A stretch of 64,000 nt of DNA. It comes from an uncultured Actinomycetota bacterium (GTDB taxonomy: Bacteria > Actinomycetota > Actinomycetes > JAHEKZ01). Numbering within the stretch: the stretch's first letter is position 1; each line of letters opens with the position of its first letter. Under the pieces are notes generated by a model. The model saw only the letters and a list, made by a program, of their open reading frames with translations, made no database searches and had not been told where the DNA came from. This document shows positions 1 to 10,425 of the stretch, piece by piece. The stretch is from the NCBI GenBank assembly GCA_963718235.1, contig CAVQYR010000001.1:1536001-1600000 (forward strand), read 5' to 3'. The translations under genes were made by a program, and so were the position numbers.

Positions 1-71
1 GTCCACATCGATGGCGGTGTCGGACGCCGCGCTGGCGGCTCTGCTCGCCCCCTGACGCTTCGCGATCGGTC

Positions 72-557
72 TCAGACCACAGCACCCTGGTCAGGGTCGG
101 CGTCGTCGGGGGAGTCGTCACGCAACCGGCTGACCAGGACGGCGAACCCGCCGAGGAAGCCACCCAGCAGGATCCCCATCTGCCAGGTCTGCCAGTTCCA
201 CCCCAGGGCCGAGAGCAGGAAGTAGAGTACCGGCCCGCCGACCGCCCCGACCCACGCGAGCCAGGTGAGCGCGTCGGCGCGAGGCAGCGGTGGAGGAGGC
301 GGCGGCTGGAACGACTCCTCCGGCTCCGGCTGTGCCTGCGCACCCACTGACCCGCTCACGACGTCGGTCGACGCATCCCCCGAGGGGGTGGCGAGGTCTC
401 CCCAGCCGCCGGTGTCCTCGCCGGTCTCGGGCGGCTCGGCCTTGTCGTCGGTGGGAGTCGTCGGGGTCGTGGATGAGGTGAATCCGGCGACGATGGCGTC
501 GAACGCGGCGTCGAGGTCGTCGGGCGGGTCCGACGGAGTGGGCGTCGGGTCAGCCAT
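72..557 (-). CDS. Hypothetical membrane protein (acidic/Pro-rich N-terminus, two C-terminal TM helices)
   Basis: 161-aa ORF overlapping the esterase stop; two hydrophobic segments. Confidence 0.7.
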   Translation of the reverse strand: MADPTPTPSDPPDDLDAAFDAIVAGFTSSTTPTTPTDDKAEPPETGEDTGGWGDLATPSGDASTDVVSGSVGAQAQPEPEESFQPPPPPPLPRADALTWLAWVGAVGGPVLYFLLSALGWNWQTWQMGILLGGFLGGFAVLVSRLRDDSPDDADPDQGAVV

Positions 558-1311
558 CGCCGTCCGCGGGCGTCAGCCGGGCGATGAACCGCAGGCTCTG
601 CTCGACGATCGTCGGCGCGTCATGGTCGAGCGTGGCCACGTGGAAGCTGTTCGGCAGCTCGATGTCGGTCACGTCGTCAGACCCCAGGTGCGCCAGCACG
701 TAGGCGGCGTTCGACGGCTCGACGACGTGGTCGACGCTGCTGTGCATGACCAGCACCGGCATGGTGATCGCGCTCAGGTCACGGCGGACGTCGGGCCATG
801 CCCGGGTCAGTGAGTACAGGGCCTGCAGGGGGAGCCGGTCGTAGCCGACCTCGTCCTGTCCGGGCTTCTTGATGTCGTTGACCACACCGGGCGTCGACCC
901 GACGACGTGGCGCAGCAGCGGCAGCGCGAGCAGCGCCTTGCTCTCCGAGTGCACGAACGGGTTGACGACGGCGATACCCGTGACCAGGTCGGCGTGCTGC
1001 TCGGCCAGCCGCAGTGTCAACGTGCCGCCCATGGACAGGCCCATGACGAAGACGGTGCTGCACCGTTGGCTCAGCTGGACCAGCGCCCGCTCCAACGTCG
1101 AGTACCAGTCGTCCCACCGGGTGAGGTTGAGCTCCTGCCACGTGGTGCCGTGACCGGGCAGCCGGGGCAGGTCGACGGTGTAGCCGGCCGCGGCCAGCTG
1201 CTCGCCCCACGGACGCATCGACGCCGGTGAGCCGGTGAAGCCATGGCAGAGCAGGACGCCGGTGGGGCCGCCGTCGGCGGACCACGCTTCGGCGGAGGGT
1301 CGGTTCGGCAT
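550..1311 (-). CDS. Carboxylesterase / monoacylglycerol lipase (alpha/beta hydrolase)
   Basis: HGFTGS oxyanion motif, GLSMGG nucleophile elbow, C-terminal SFHVATLD; start taken at MPNRP. Confidence 0.88.
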   Translation of the reverse strand: MPNRPSAEAWSADGGPTGVLLCHGFTGSPASMRPWGEQLAAAGYTVDLPRLPGHGTTWQELNLTRWDDWYSTLERALVQLSQRCSTVFVMGLSMGGTLTLRLAEQHADLVTGIAVVNPFVHSESKALLALPLLRHVVGSTPGVVNDIKKPGQDEVGYDRLPLQALYSLTRAWPDVRRDLSAITMPVLVMHSSVDHVVEPSNAAYVLAHLGSDDVTDIELPNSFHVATLDHDAPTIVEQSLRFIARLTPADGDG

Positions 1312-1392
1312 CCACGCATCGTCCCACGGGTCACCCGGGGGCATGATTGCCCGGGTGAGGGACGGACCCTAGGGTTGGGGCCGACGAGAGGA

Positions 1393-2151
1393 ATGGACTT
1401 GCTCTACTGGGTGATGAAGCACGTGCTCCTCGGCCCAGTGCTGCGCCTGCTGTACCGCCCCTGGGTCGAGGGCCTGGAGAACATCCCCGACGAGGGCCCG
1501 GCCATCCTCGCCAGCAACCACCTGTCGTTCTCCGACAGCATCTTCCTGCCGCTGATGGTGCGCCGGAATATCACGTTCCTGGCGAAGTCCGACTACTTCA
1601 CCGGCCGCGACCTCAAGGGCCGGCTCATCTCCTGGTTCTTCTCGGCGGTCGGTCAGGTGCCCGTCGACCGGTCGGGTGGGCGGGCGAGCGAGGCGGCGAT
1701 CAACACCGGGGTGCGGGTGCTGCGCGAGGGCACCCTGCTCGGCATCTACCCGGAGGGGACCCGCTCGCCGGACGGGAAGCTCTACCGCGGTCGAACCGGT
1801 GTCGCGCGGATGGCGCTGGAGGCCGAGGTCGTGGTGATCCCGATCGCCATGATCGACACCGAGAAGATCCAGCCCCCCGGCAAGGTCATCCCGCGGCTGG
1901 GCCGGATCGGCATCCGGGTCGGACGCCCCCTGGACTTCTCCCGCTACGAGGGACTGGAGGACGACCGCTTCGTCCTGCGCTCGATCACCGACGAGATCAT
2001 GTACGAGCTGATGGAGCTGGCCGACCAGGAGTACGTCGACATGTACGCCACGCGGGCCAAGGAGCTCGCGGCCGCACCGCCGCCGCAGGACGAGCCACCG
2101 GGTGGTGAGCCGGCCGACCCGGGTCAGCAGCCGGCCTCAGCGGCGGCCTGA
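1393..2151 (+). CDS. plsC: 1-acyl-sn-glycerol-3-phosphate acyltransferase (PlsC family)
   Basis: NHLSFSD and YPEGTRS motifs; GAGAGG RBS before ATG 1393. Confidence 0.9.
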   Translation: MDLLYWVMKHVLLGPVLRLLYRPWVEGLENIPDEGPAILASNHLSFSDSIFLPLMVRRNITFLAKSDYFTGRDLKGRLISWFFSAVGQVPVDRSGGRASEAAINTGVRVLREGTLLGIYPEGTRSPDGKLYRGRTGVARMALEAEVVVIPIAMIDTEKIQPPGKVIPRLGRIGIRVGRPLDFSRYEGLEDDRFVLRSITDEIMYELMELADQEYVDMYATRAKELAAAPPPQDEPPGGEPADPGQQPASAAA

Positions 2152-2161
2152 ACCGGTCCGG

Positions 2162-3637
2162 TCAGTCGGCTGCCCAGCCCTTGGTTCGCTCGACGGCGTC
2201 GCGCCACCGTCCGTGGGCCCGGTCGTCTCGTCGGCCGGGCGCGAACTCCCGGTCGAGGGACCACGTGCTGGCCAGCTCGTCGGTCGATCCCCACACTCCG
2301 GTGCCCAGCCCGGCGAGGAACGCGGCGCCGAGGCCGGTGGTCTCCACGATCCGGGGTCGCCGAACCGGGACGCCGAGCTGGTCGGCCTGCAGCTGGCACA
2401 GCAGGTCGTTGGCCGAGGCCCCGCCGTCGACGGCGAGGGTGCTCAGCGCGACGCCCGCCTCGGCGGCCATGAGCTCGACGACGTCGCGCACCTCGAAGGT
2501 GATCGCCTCCAAGGTGGCCCGGGCCAGGTGGGCGGCAGTGGTGCCCCGGGTGATGCCGATGATCATCCCCCGGGCCAAGGGGTCCCAGTCCGGCGCGCCG
2601 AGCCCGGTCAGAGCGGGGACGAACACGAGACCGGCGGAGTCGTCGACGCTGCGCGCGAGGGCTTCGGACTGGGCGGCGTCGTCGATGATGCCCAGACCGT
2701 CCCGCAGCCACTGGATCGCGGCCCCGGTCACGAAGATGGCTCCCTCGATCGCGTACGTGAGGCTGCCGTCGGGTGCACCCCAGGCGACCGTGCTGAGCAG
2801 TCCGGCGTGGGAGGAGGCCGGGGCGCTCCCCGTGTTGGTGAGGACGAACGAGCCGGTGCCGTAGGTGCACTTGCTCTGCCCGGGTGAGAACGCCGTCTGC
2901 CCGAACAGGGCGGCCTGCTGGTCACCGGCGATGCCGGCGACCGGGATCTCGAGGCCGAGGAACGCCGCCGGGTCGGTTCGCCCGATGACGCCGTAGGACG
3001 CGACCACCTCGGGCAGTGCCGTCAAGGGAACGTCGAACAGGTCGCACAGCTCTGGCGACCAGGCGCCCAGGTGGATGTCGTACAGCAGCGTGCGCGACGC
3101 GTTCGACGGGTCGGTGACATGGTGCAGCCCCCGGGTCATCCGCGCGACGAGGTAGGAGTCGACGGTGCCCACGGCCACCCGCCCCGCCTGGACACCGGAC
3201 CAGGTGCGGGGGTCGTGGTGTGCCACCCACTGCAGCTTGGTGGCGGAGAAGTACGGGTCGAGGCGCAGTCCGGTGCGGGCCCGTACCCATTCCTCGTGAC
3301 CGTCCTGACGGAGCTGCTCGCAGGCTGCCGCGGTCCTGCGGTCTTGCCACACGATCGCTCGCCGGGGGCTGCCCAGGGTCTCTTTGTCCCAGAAGACGAC
3401 TGTCTCCCGCTGGTTGGTGATGCCGACCGCCGTGACCGCCTCGTCGGTCGCAGCCCGGGCGGCCCGGGCCGAGTCGATCGTGGCCTGCCAGATGTCGTTG
3501 GGGTCGTGCTCGACCCATCCGTCGGCGGGGAAGTGCTGGGGGAACTCCCGGGACGCGCGTGCGGCCACGACACCGTCGGGGGTCACGATGCTCGCGGTGA
3601 CGCTGGTCGTCCCGGCATCGATGGAGAGCACACCCAT
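2162..3637 (-). CDS. glpK: Glycerol kinase
   Basis: DAGTTS, GITNQRET, PYFSATK, GDQQAALFGQ, KCTYGTG motifs. Confidence 0.95.
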   Translation of the reverse strand: MGVLSIDAGTTSVTASIVTPDGVVAARASREFPQHFPADGWVEHDPNDIWQATIDSARAARAATDEAVTAVGITNQRETVVFWDKETLGSPRRAIVWQDRRTAAACEQLRQDGHEEWVRARTGLRLDPYFSATKLQWVAHHDPRTWSGVQAGRVAVGTVDSYLVARMTRGLHHVTDPSNASRTLLYDIHLGAWSPELCDLFDVPLTALPEVVASYGVIGRTDPAAFLGLEIPVAGIAGDQQAALFGQTAFSPGQSKCTYGTGSFVLTNTGSAPASSHAGLLSTVAWGAPDGSLTYAIEGAIFVTGAAIQWLRDGLGIIDDAAQSEALARSVDDSAGLVFVPALTGLGAPDWDPLARGMIIGITRGTTAAHLARATLEAITFEVRDVVELMAAEAGVALSTLAVDGGASANDLLCQLQADQLGVPVRRPRIVETTGLGAAFLAGLGTGVWGSTDELASTWSLDREFAPGRRDDRAHGRWRDAVERTKGWAAD

Positions 3638-3795
3638 GCCCGGAGGTTACTGGTCGACGGCACGGTGAACGCTCGGAGTGCCGGGTGTCCTGCGCCCGGT
3701 GGGCGCGACACACTGGTGGCAGCCCCGCCGAGTCGGCTGACCCAGCCGACTCAGCAGGGCACGGATCCTGGCGAGCGGCGGACCGAGGAGTTTCG

Positions 3796-4821
3796 ATGCG
3801 GGTAGGAATGTTGACCGGTGGGGGCGACGCCCCCGGACTGAACGCGGTGATCCGGGCGGCGGTGCGCAAGGGGGTTGCGGAGTTCGGCATGGAGTTCGTC
3901 GGCTTCCGCGACGGCTGGAAGGGGCCGCTCGAGGGTGTCACCTGCACCCTCGACGTGGCGACCACACGCGGCATCCTTCCTCGGGGCGGCACGATCCTCG
4001 GCTCGTCACGGACGAACCCGTTGAAGATCGACGGTGGCGTGGACCGGATCCGGCAGAACCTGCTCGACCTCGGCGTCGACGCGGTGATCGCCATCGGCGG
4101 CGAGGACACCTTGGGTGTCGCGGCCGCGCTGCACGAGCGTGGCGTCGCCGTCGTCGGCGTACCGAAGACGATCGACAACGACCTCGGGGCCACCGACTAC
4201 ACGTTCGGGTTCGACACCGCCGTCCAGATCGCGACCGACGCGATCGACCGGCTGCACACCACCGCCGAGTCGCACCACCGGGTCCTGGTGCTCGAGGTGA
4301 TGGGGCGGCACGCCGGGTGGATCGCGCTGCACTCCGGGATGGCCGGCGGCGCCAACATCATCTTGATCCCCGAGGTGCCCTTCGACCTCGAGCAGGTCAG
4401 CGGCTGGATCCGTTCGCGCACCCAGCGCGGGTACGCGCCGATCGTCGTGGTGGCCGAGGGTGCCCTGCCCACGGGCGGCGACCTGGTCACCAGCGACTCG
4501 CGCACCGACTCGTTCGGGCACGTGCGACTGTCGGGCATCGGCGAGTGGCTGGCCCGCGAGATCGAGGAGCGCACCGGGTTCGAAGCGCGTACGACGGTGC
4601 TGGGCTACGTCCAGCGCGGCGGGACGCCGACCGCGCGTGACCGGGTGCTGGCCACCCGGTTCGGGACCAGGGCGGTGCAAGCCGTTGCCGCGGGTGAGCT
4701 CGGCATGATGGTCGCGCTGCACGGCACCGACCTGGACATGGTGCCGATCCGCGACGCGGTGGCCACGCTCAAGACGGTTCCGCCGGAGCTGTACGCCGAG
4801 GCGGCCACCTTCTTCGGCTGA
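3796..4821 (+). CDS. pfkA: 6-phosphofructokinase (GGEDT signature, probably PPi-dependent)
   Basis: TGGGDAPGLN, GGEDT, PKTIDND, EVMGRHAGW; GAGGAG RBS. Confidence 0.93.
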   Translation: MRVGMLTGGGDAPGLNAVIRAAVRKGVAEFGMEFVGFRDGWKGPLEGVTCTLDVATTRGILPRGGTILGSSRTNPLKIDGGVDRIRQNLLDLGVDAVIAIGGEDTLGVAAALHERGVAVVGVPKTIDNDLGATDYTFGFDTAVQIATDAIDRLHTTAESHHRVLVLEVMGRHAGWIALHSGMAGGANIILIPEVPFDLEQVSGWIRSRTQRGYAPIVVVAEGALPTGGDLVTSDSRTDSFGHVRLSGIGEWLAREIEERTGFEARTTVLGYVQRGGTPTARDRVLATRFGTRAVQAVAAGELGMMVALHGTDLDMVPIRDAVATLKTVPPELYAEAATFFG

Positions 4822-4864
4822 GCCCACGCAGGTCCGTCGAGGCGAGCCTGACTACCCTCGTGCC

Positions 4865-6200
<1,336 letters not shown>

Positions 6201-6217
6201 CCTCGGGGACACGACCA

Positions 6218-6298
6218 GGTTTGCTGGCGCCGAGGTGGGTTTGCCGGCGGTAGGCGGCCAGCAAACCCGGCCGACGATCAGGTTTGCTGATCATCGGC
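6218..6298. repeat. Two adjacent hairpins with three GGTTTGC(T/C)G copies (terminator/REP-like)
   Basis: GGTTTGCTGGC 6218-6228 pairs with GCCAGCAAACC 6257-6267; second imperfect hairpin 6270-6298. Confidence 0.5.
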
Positions 6299-6364
6299 TC
6301 ACCAGGGGTGGCTCGGGGTGCCTGGTCCGATTTCCGCTAGGCGGCGGTGCACATCCGGTGTTGG

Positions 6365-7813
6365 ATGAGTTCTGTGCCAGACGACGCGACCACCTTGTAC
6401 CGCGCGGTGAGCGGGCGCGACCCGCGGTTCGACGGGCGGTTCGTGTTCGCCGTGACGAGCACCGGCATCTACTGCCGCCCGTCGTGCCCGGCGCGTACCC
6501 CTCGCCCGGAGAACGTGCGGTTCTACCCCGTTCCGGCGGCGGCGGTGGCCGCTGGCTTTCGGGCCTGTCGTCGCTGCCGTCCCGACGCGGTACCCGGCAG
6601 CCGCGAGTGGGACCACCGAGGTGACCTCGCCGCCCGCGCGCTGAGGCTCGTCGCCGACGGGGCAGTCGATGACGAGGGCGTGGCTGGCCTGGCCCGCCGG
6701 CTCGCGGTGAGCGAGCGGCACCTGCACCGCACCCTCGTGGCCGAGCTCGGCGTCGGGCCGCTGGCCCTGGCGCGCACTCGTCGCGCGCAGACCGCCCGGC
6801 TGCTGCTGGAGCAGACCGACCTGTCGGTCACCGACGTGGCCTTCGCGGCCGGCTTCGCCAGCATCCGCCAGTTCAACGACGTGATGCGCCAGGAGTTCGG
6901 CGAGCCACCAAGTGCCCTACGGCGACGCGGTGCGCTCGCCGACCGCCCGGCCGAGGCCGGTCCGCTGGTCCTGCGGCTCGCCACCCGTCAACCGTGGGAC
7001 GCGGACGCGACGATGCGGTTCCTCGCCGCGCGTGCGATCCCGGGCGTGGAGGAGGTCGACGACGGTGCGTACCGCCGGACCCTGCGCACCGCCGAAGGGG
7101 TCGGCCGGGTCGAGGCCAGGGCCGACTCCGGTCGACTGGCCGTGCGGCTGCTGCTGCCCTCGCTCCCCGCGGTTCGCCCGGCCGTGGCCGCGCTGCGCCG
7201 GCTGTTCGACCTGGACGCCGACCCGCTGGCGGTCGACGAGGCGCTCGGTGCCGACCCGGTGCTGGCCCCCCTGGTCCAGGCCCGCCCCGGGCTGCGCGTG
7301 CCGGGCACCGTCGACGGGTTCGAGCTGGCGGTGCGGGCCGTGGTCGGGCAGCAGGTCTCGGTGGCCGGGGCGCGGACCCTGCTGGGGCGGGTCGTCGCCC
7401 GGTGCGCAGGCGGCGAGGCCGGCGAGGCAGCGGCGCTCGAAGGGCCGAGCCACGCGTTCCCCAGCCCCGCGGTCGTCGCCGCCGCCGACCTGTCCGGGCT
7501 CGGGCTGACCGGCCGCCGGGTCGACACCCTGCGCCGGTTGGCCGAGTGCGTTGCCGACGGGGGGCTCTCACTGGCCCCGGGCGCCGACCTCGCCCAGGCG
7601 CGGGATCGCCTGCTCGCCCTGCCGGGCATCGGTCCGTGGACCGCCGACTACGTCGCCATGCGCGCCCTGGCCGACCCCGACGCGTTCCCGGCCGACGACC
7701 TGGTGCTGCGCCGGGTCGTCACCGAGCTGCGCGCGGACCCCGACCGCTGGCGCCCGTGGCGCGCCTATGCCGCCGTCCACCTGTGGAACCGCCCGACCAA
7801 GGAGCAACCATGA
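6365..7813 (+). CDS. alkA: Ada metal-binding/AraC-AlkA fusion (DNA-3-methyladenine glycosylase II / adaptive response regulator)
   Basis: GIYCRPSCPARTP...FRACRRC Zn site, AraC HTH, HhH LPGIGPWTADY, WRPWRAYA. Confidence 0.93.
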   Translation: MSSVPDDATTLYRAVSGRDPRFDGRFVFAVTSTGIYCRPSCPARTPRPENVRFYPVPAAAVAAGFRACRRCRPDAVPGSREWDHRGDLAARALRLVADGAVDDEGVAGLARRLAVSERHLHRTLVAELGVGPLALARTRRAQTARLLLEQTDLSVTDVAFAAGFASIRQFNDVMRQEFGEPPSALRRRGALADRPAEAGPLVLRLATRQPWDADATMRFLAARAIPGVEEVDDGAYRRTLRTAEGVGRVEARADSGRLAVRLLLPSLPAVRPAVAALRRLFDLDADPLAVDEALGADPVLAPLVQARPGLRVPGTVDGFELAVRAVVGQQVSVAGARTLLGRVVARCAGGEAGEAAALEGPSHAFPSPAVVAAADLSGLGLTGRRVDTLRRLAECVADGGLSLAPGADLAQARDRLLALPGIGPWTADYVAMRALADPDAFPADDLVLRRVVTELRADPDRWRPWRAYAAVHLWNRPTKEQP

Positions 7814-8322
7814 GTCTCTCCGTCACCACCTTCAGCACCCCTGTGGCGCCGTGGACGGTCGTCGTCGACGAGCAGGGGGTCGTGGTCGCCTCGGGTTTCT
7901 CCGACGAGCAGGACACGGTCTCCCGCCTCACCGAGACGCAGCGCTCGGGCCTGCGTCGGGTCGACGACGTCGGCGGGGTGTCACAGGCGGTCCACGCCTA
8001 CCTGGCCGGTGACGTCGACGCGCTGGACGTCGTCCGGGTCGCCCAGCCCGGCGGCCCGTTCCAGCAGCAGGTGTGGGCGGTGATGCGCGAGATCCCCGCG
8101 GGACAGACGTGGAGCTACGCCGACCTGGCGACCAAGGCCGGTCGGCCGTCGGCCACGCGGGCCGCAGGGACGGCCTGTGCGCGCAACCTCGTCGCACCGT
8201 TCGTGCCCTGCCACCGGGTCGTGCGCAGTGACGGCACCCTCGGTGGCTACTACTACGGGCTGCCGGTCAAGGAGTGGTTGCTGGCCCACGAACGCCAAGC
8301 GCGAGCCTCCTCAACCGCCTGA
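7810..8322 (+). CDS. ogt: Methylated-DNA-protein-cysteine methyltransferase
   Basis: VPCHRVV active site; ATGA overlap with alkA. Confidence 0.93.
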   Translation: MSLSVTTFSTPVAPWTVVVDEQGVVVASGFSDEQDTVSRLTETQRSGLRRVDDVGGVSQAVHAYLAGDVDALDVVRVAQPGGPFQQQVWAVMREIPAGQTWSYADLATKAGRPSATRAAGTACARNLVAPFVPCHRVVRSDGTLGGYYYGLPVKEWLLAHERQARASSTA

Positions 8323-8340
8323 CCGGGGCCGCGACCGAGG

Positions 8341-9372
8341 TCAGGCCTCCAGCGCCGGGCGACGGCCGAGCAGGGGAGGCAGCTGGAGCACGGCCTGGGC
8401 CAGTGCGCGGAGGTCACCGTTGACCAGCGCCTGCGCGCCGTCGACCAGGGCCGCCTCCGGCTCGGGGTGGACGTCGACGATGATCCCGTCGGCGCCGACC
8501 GCGATGGCCGCGCGGGACAGCGGGACGACCAGGTCCTTGCGCCCGCCGGAGTGGGAAGGGTCGACCACCACGGGCAGGTGCGACATCGAGTGGGCGACAG
8601 GGACCGCCGAGATGTCCAGCGTGTTGCGGGTCGCGGTCTCGAACGTGCGGATCCCTCGCTCGCACAGCACGATGTCCAGGTTGCCCCGCTGGGCGATGTA
8701 CTCCGCCGCCATGAGCCACTCCTCGATGGTCGAGCTCATGCCGCGCTTGAGCATGACCGGCTTACCGACCGACCCGACCGCCTGGAGCAGGCTGAAGTTG
8801 GCCATGTTGCGTGTCCCCACCTGCAGCATGTCCGCGTAGGAGGCCACGAGGTCGACGTCGTCGGCGTCGACCACCTCGGTCACCACGGGCAGGCCGGTCT
8901 CGGAGCGGACGTCGGCGAGGATCCGCAGCCCGTCCTCACCGAGCCCCTGGAACGCGTACGGGGACGTGCGTGGCTTGTAGGCGCCGCCCCGCAGCAGTGA
9001 GGCCCCGGCAGCCTGGGCCATGAGGGCCGCCTCGAGGGTCTGCCCCGGGTTCTCCACGGCACACGGCCCGGCGATCAGGGTGAACGTGTCCGGTCCGATC
9101 GGTACCCGCCGCTGACCGACGTAGACCGTGGTCATGTCCGGGTGGTGCTGCCGGCTCACCAGCTTGTAGGGCGCGGAGATCCGCACGACGTCACTCACGC
9201 CCAGCATGCCGCGCAGGTCGAGAGCGCCGAACCGGTCGACGTCGCCGACGAGACCCACGATGGTGCGTGAGACGCCGCGGCTCACGAATGCCTCACCCCC
9301 GGCGCCCTCGACCCGGGCCACGACGGCATCGACCTGCTCGTCGGTTGCGCTCGGACTCATCACCACGACCAT
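8341..9372 (-). CDS. aroF: Class I-beta DAHP synthase with N-terminal ACT-like regulatory domain
   Basis: IAGPCAVE, GGAYKPRTSPY, LCERGIRTFE, DPSHSGG; AAGGAG RBS. Confidence 0.93.
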   Translation of the reverse strand: MVVVMSPSATDEQVDAVVARVEGAGGEAFVSRGVSRTIVGLVGDVDRFGALDLRGMLGVSDVVRISAPYKLVSRQHHPDMTTVYVGQRRVPIGPDTFTLIAGPCAVENPGQTLEAALMAQAAGASLLRGGAYKPRTSPYAFQGLGEDGLRILADVRSETGLPVVTEVVDADDVDLVASYADMLQVGTRNMANFSLLQAVGSVGKPVMLKRGMSSTIEEWLMAAEYIAQRGNLDIVLCERGIRTFETATRNTLDISAVPVAHSMSHLPVVVDPSHSGGRKDLVVPLSRAAIAVGADGIIVDVHPEPEAALVDGAQALVNGDLRALAQAVLQLPPLLGRRPALEA

Positions 9373-9414
9373 GACTCACTCCTTCTTCGGTAGCGGCGCC
9401 ACCCGGGCTGGGCC

Positions 9415-9448
9415 AACGAAAGAGCCCCGGGCGTTCGCCTCGGGGCCT
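9415..9448 (-). terminator. Attenuator (intrinsic terminator) hairpin upstream of aroF
   Basis: Minus strand GGCCCCG-A-GGC-GAAC-GCC-CGGGGCT followed by CTTTCGTT. Confidence 0.75.
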
Positions 9449-9469
9449 TGTCGGTGCAGGAGGTGCGCG

Positions 9470-9547
9470 CTACGCCGCATTCACCTGGCTGCCCGTCCGG
9501 AGACCCCGGCTGGGAAAGCCATAGAACGCAAACCACTGACGCTGCAT
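9470..9547 (-). CDS. aroF leader peptide MQRQWFAFYGFPSRGLRTGSQVNAA (25 aa)
   Basis: W,F,F,Y,F within codons 5-11 using rare TTT/TAT codons; TATGCT -10 box 6 nt before ATG; terminator downstream. Confidence 0.8.
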   Translation of the reverse strand: MQRQWFAFYGFPSRGLRTGSQVNAA

Positions 9548-9567
9548 AGCGCGAGCATAGACCACGC

Positions 9568-10425
9568 TCACCGTCCACGCAGGCGCTGCAGGGTGGCCAC
9601 GTCCTGACGGTGGTCGGCCTGGTCGCCGGGGGTCTCGATGACGACCGAGGCGTGCCTCACGGTCCGGTGCCGCAGCAGCGCCCGGAACGGCGCCTCACCG
9701 AGGTGGCCGAGCCCGACGCGTTGGTGCCGGTCGGCGCCTGCCCCGCAGGCGTCCATGGAGTCGTTCGCGTGGACCAGGAGCAGCGGTACACCGCCGGAGA
9801 CCAGGGCCAGCCGGTCGAGGTAGCGGGTCATGCCGCCGCGGGCGGCGAGGTCGTGCCCGGCGGCGTGGGCGTGGCAGGTGTCCAGACACAGTGCCAACCC
9901 CGGGTGCGGCCCGACGAACTGCAGGTACCGTTCGATCTCCTCGAGCGTCGAGCACAGAGACCGACCCTGTCCGGCCATCGGTTCGAGCAGGAGGCTCAGG
10001 CCCAGTCGGTCACCGAGGTCGAGCCGGGGCAGGAGGGCCTCACGGGTGCTGCGCATCGCCTCGTCGTACCGGTCCGCGAGCACCGCCGAGCCGGTGTGGA
10101 CGACGACCCCCCGGGCCCCGATCGCCTCGGCCCGACGCAGCGTGTGGTCCAGTGACTTCACCGACCGGGCGACGACGGCGGGGTCGGGGCTGCCCAGGTT
10201 CACCAGGTACGACGCGTGGACGAAGGCCGGCAGGCCGTCGTCGGTGGCCCGGCGGAAGACGGCGTCCTGCTCGTCGTCGCCTGGGGTGGGAGCCCATCCG
10301 CGGGGGTTCGTCACGAACACCTGCACCGCCTCGGCGCCGATGGCGCGCGCATACGCCAGACCCCGCCGGGCCAGCCCGCCGGACACCGGGACGTGCGCGC
10401 CGACCGGAGGGTGCCCTGGCGGCAC
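9568..10425 (-). CDS. nfo: Endonuclease IV (AP endonuclease)
   Basis: GAHV, HASYLVNLGS, CLDTCHA, HANDS, DRH, IETP metal ligands. Confidence 0.9.
   Translation of the reverse strand: MPPGHPPVGAHVPVSGGLARRGLAYARAIGAEAVQVFVTNPRGWAPTPGDDEQDAVFRRATDDGLPAFVHASYLVNLGSPDPAVVARSVKSLDHTLRRAEAIGARGVVVHTGSAVLADRYDEAMRSTREALLPRLDLGDRLGLSLLLEPMAGQGRSLCSTLEEIERYLQFVGPHPGLALCLDTCHAHAAGHDLAARGGMTRYLDRLALVSGGVPLLLVHANDSMDACGAGADRHQRVGLGHLGEAPFRALLRHRTVRHASVVIETPGDQADHRQDVATLQRLRGR

Noticed and set aside
1-56. 3' end of a plus-strand gene entering the window
   Set aside because: Too short to identify
3730-3752. 10-bp hairpin in the pfk leader as a riboswitch
   Set aside because: Single stem with no recognisable aptamer features
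9360-9578. 72-aa minus-strand ORF ending WSW as the aroF leader
   Set aside because: Runs through the terminator into aroF; the 25-aa ORF at 9547-9470 fits promoter and structure far better
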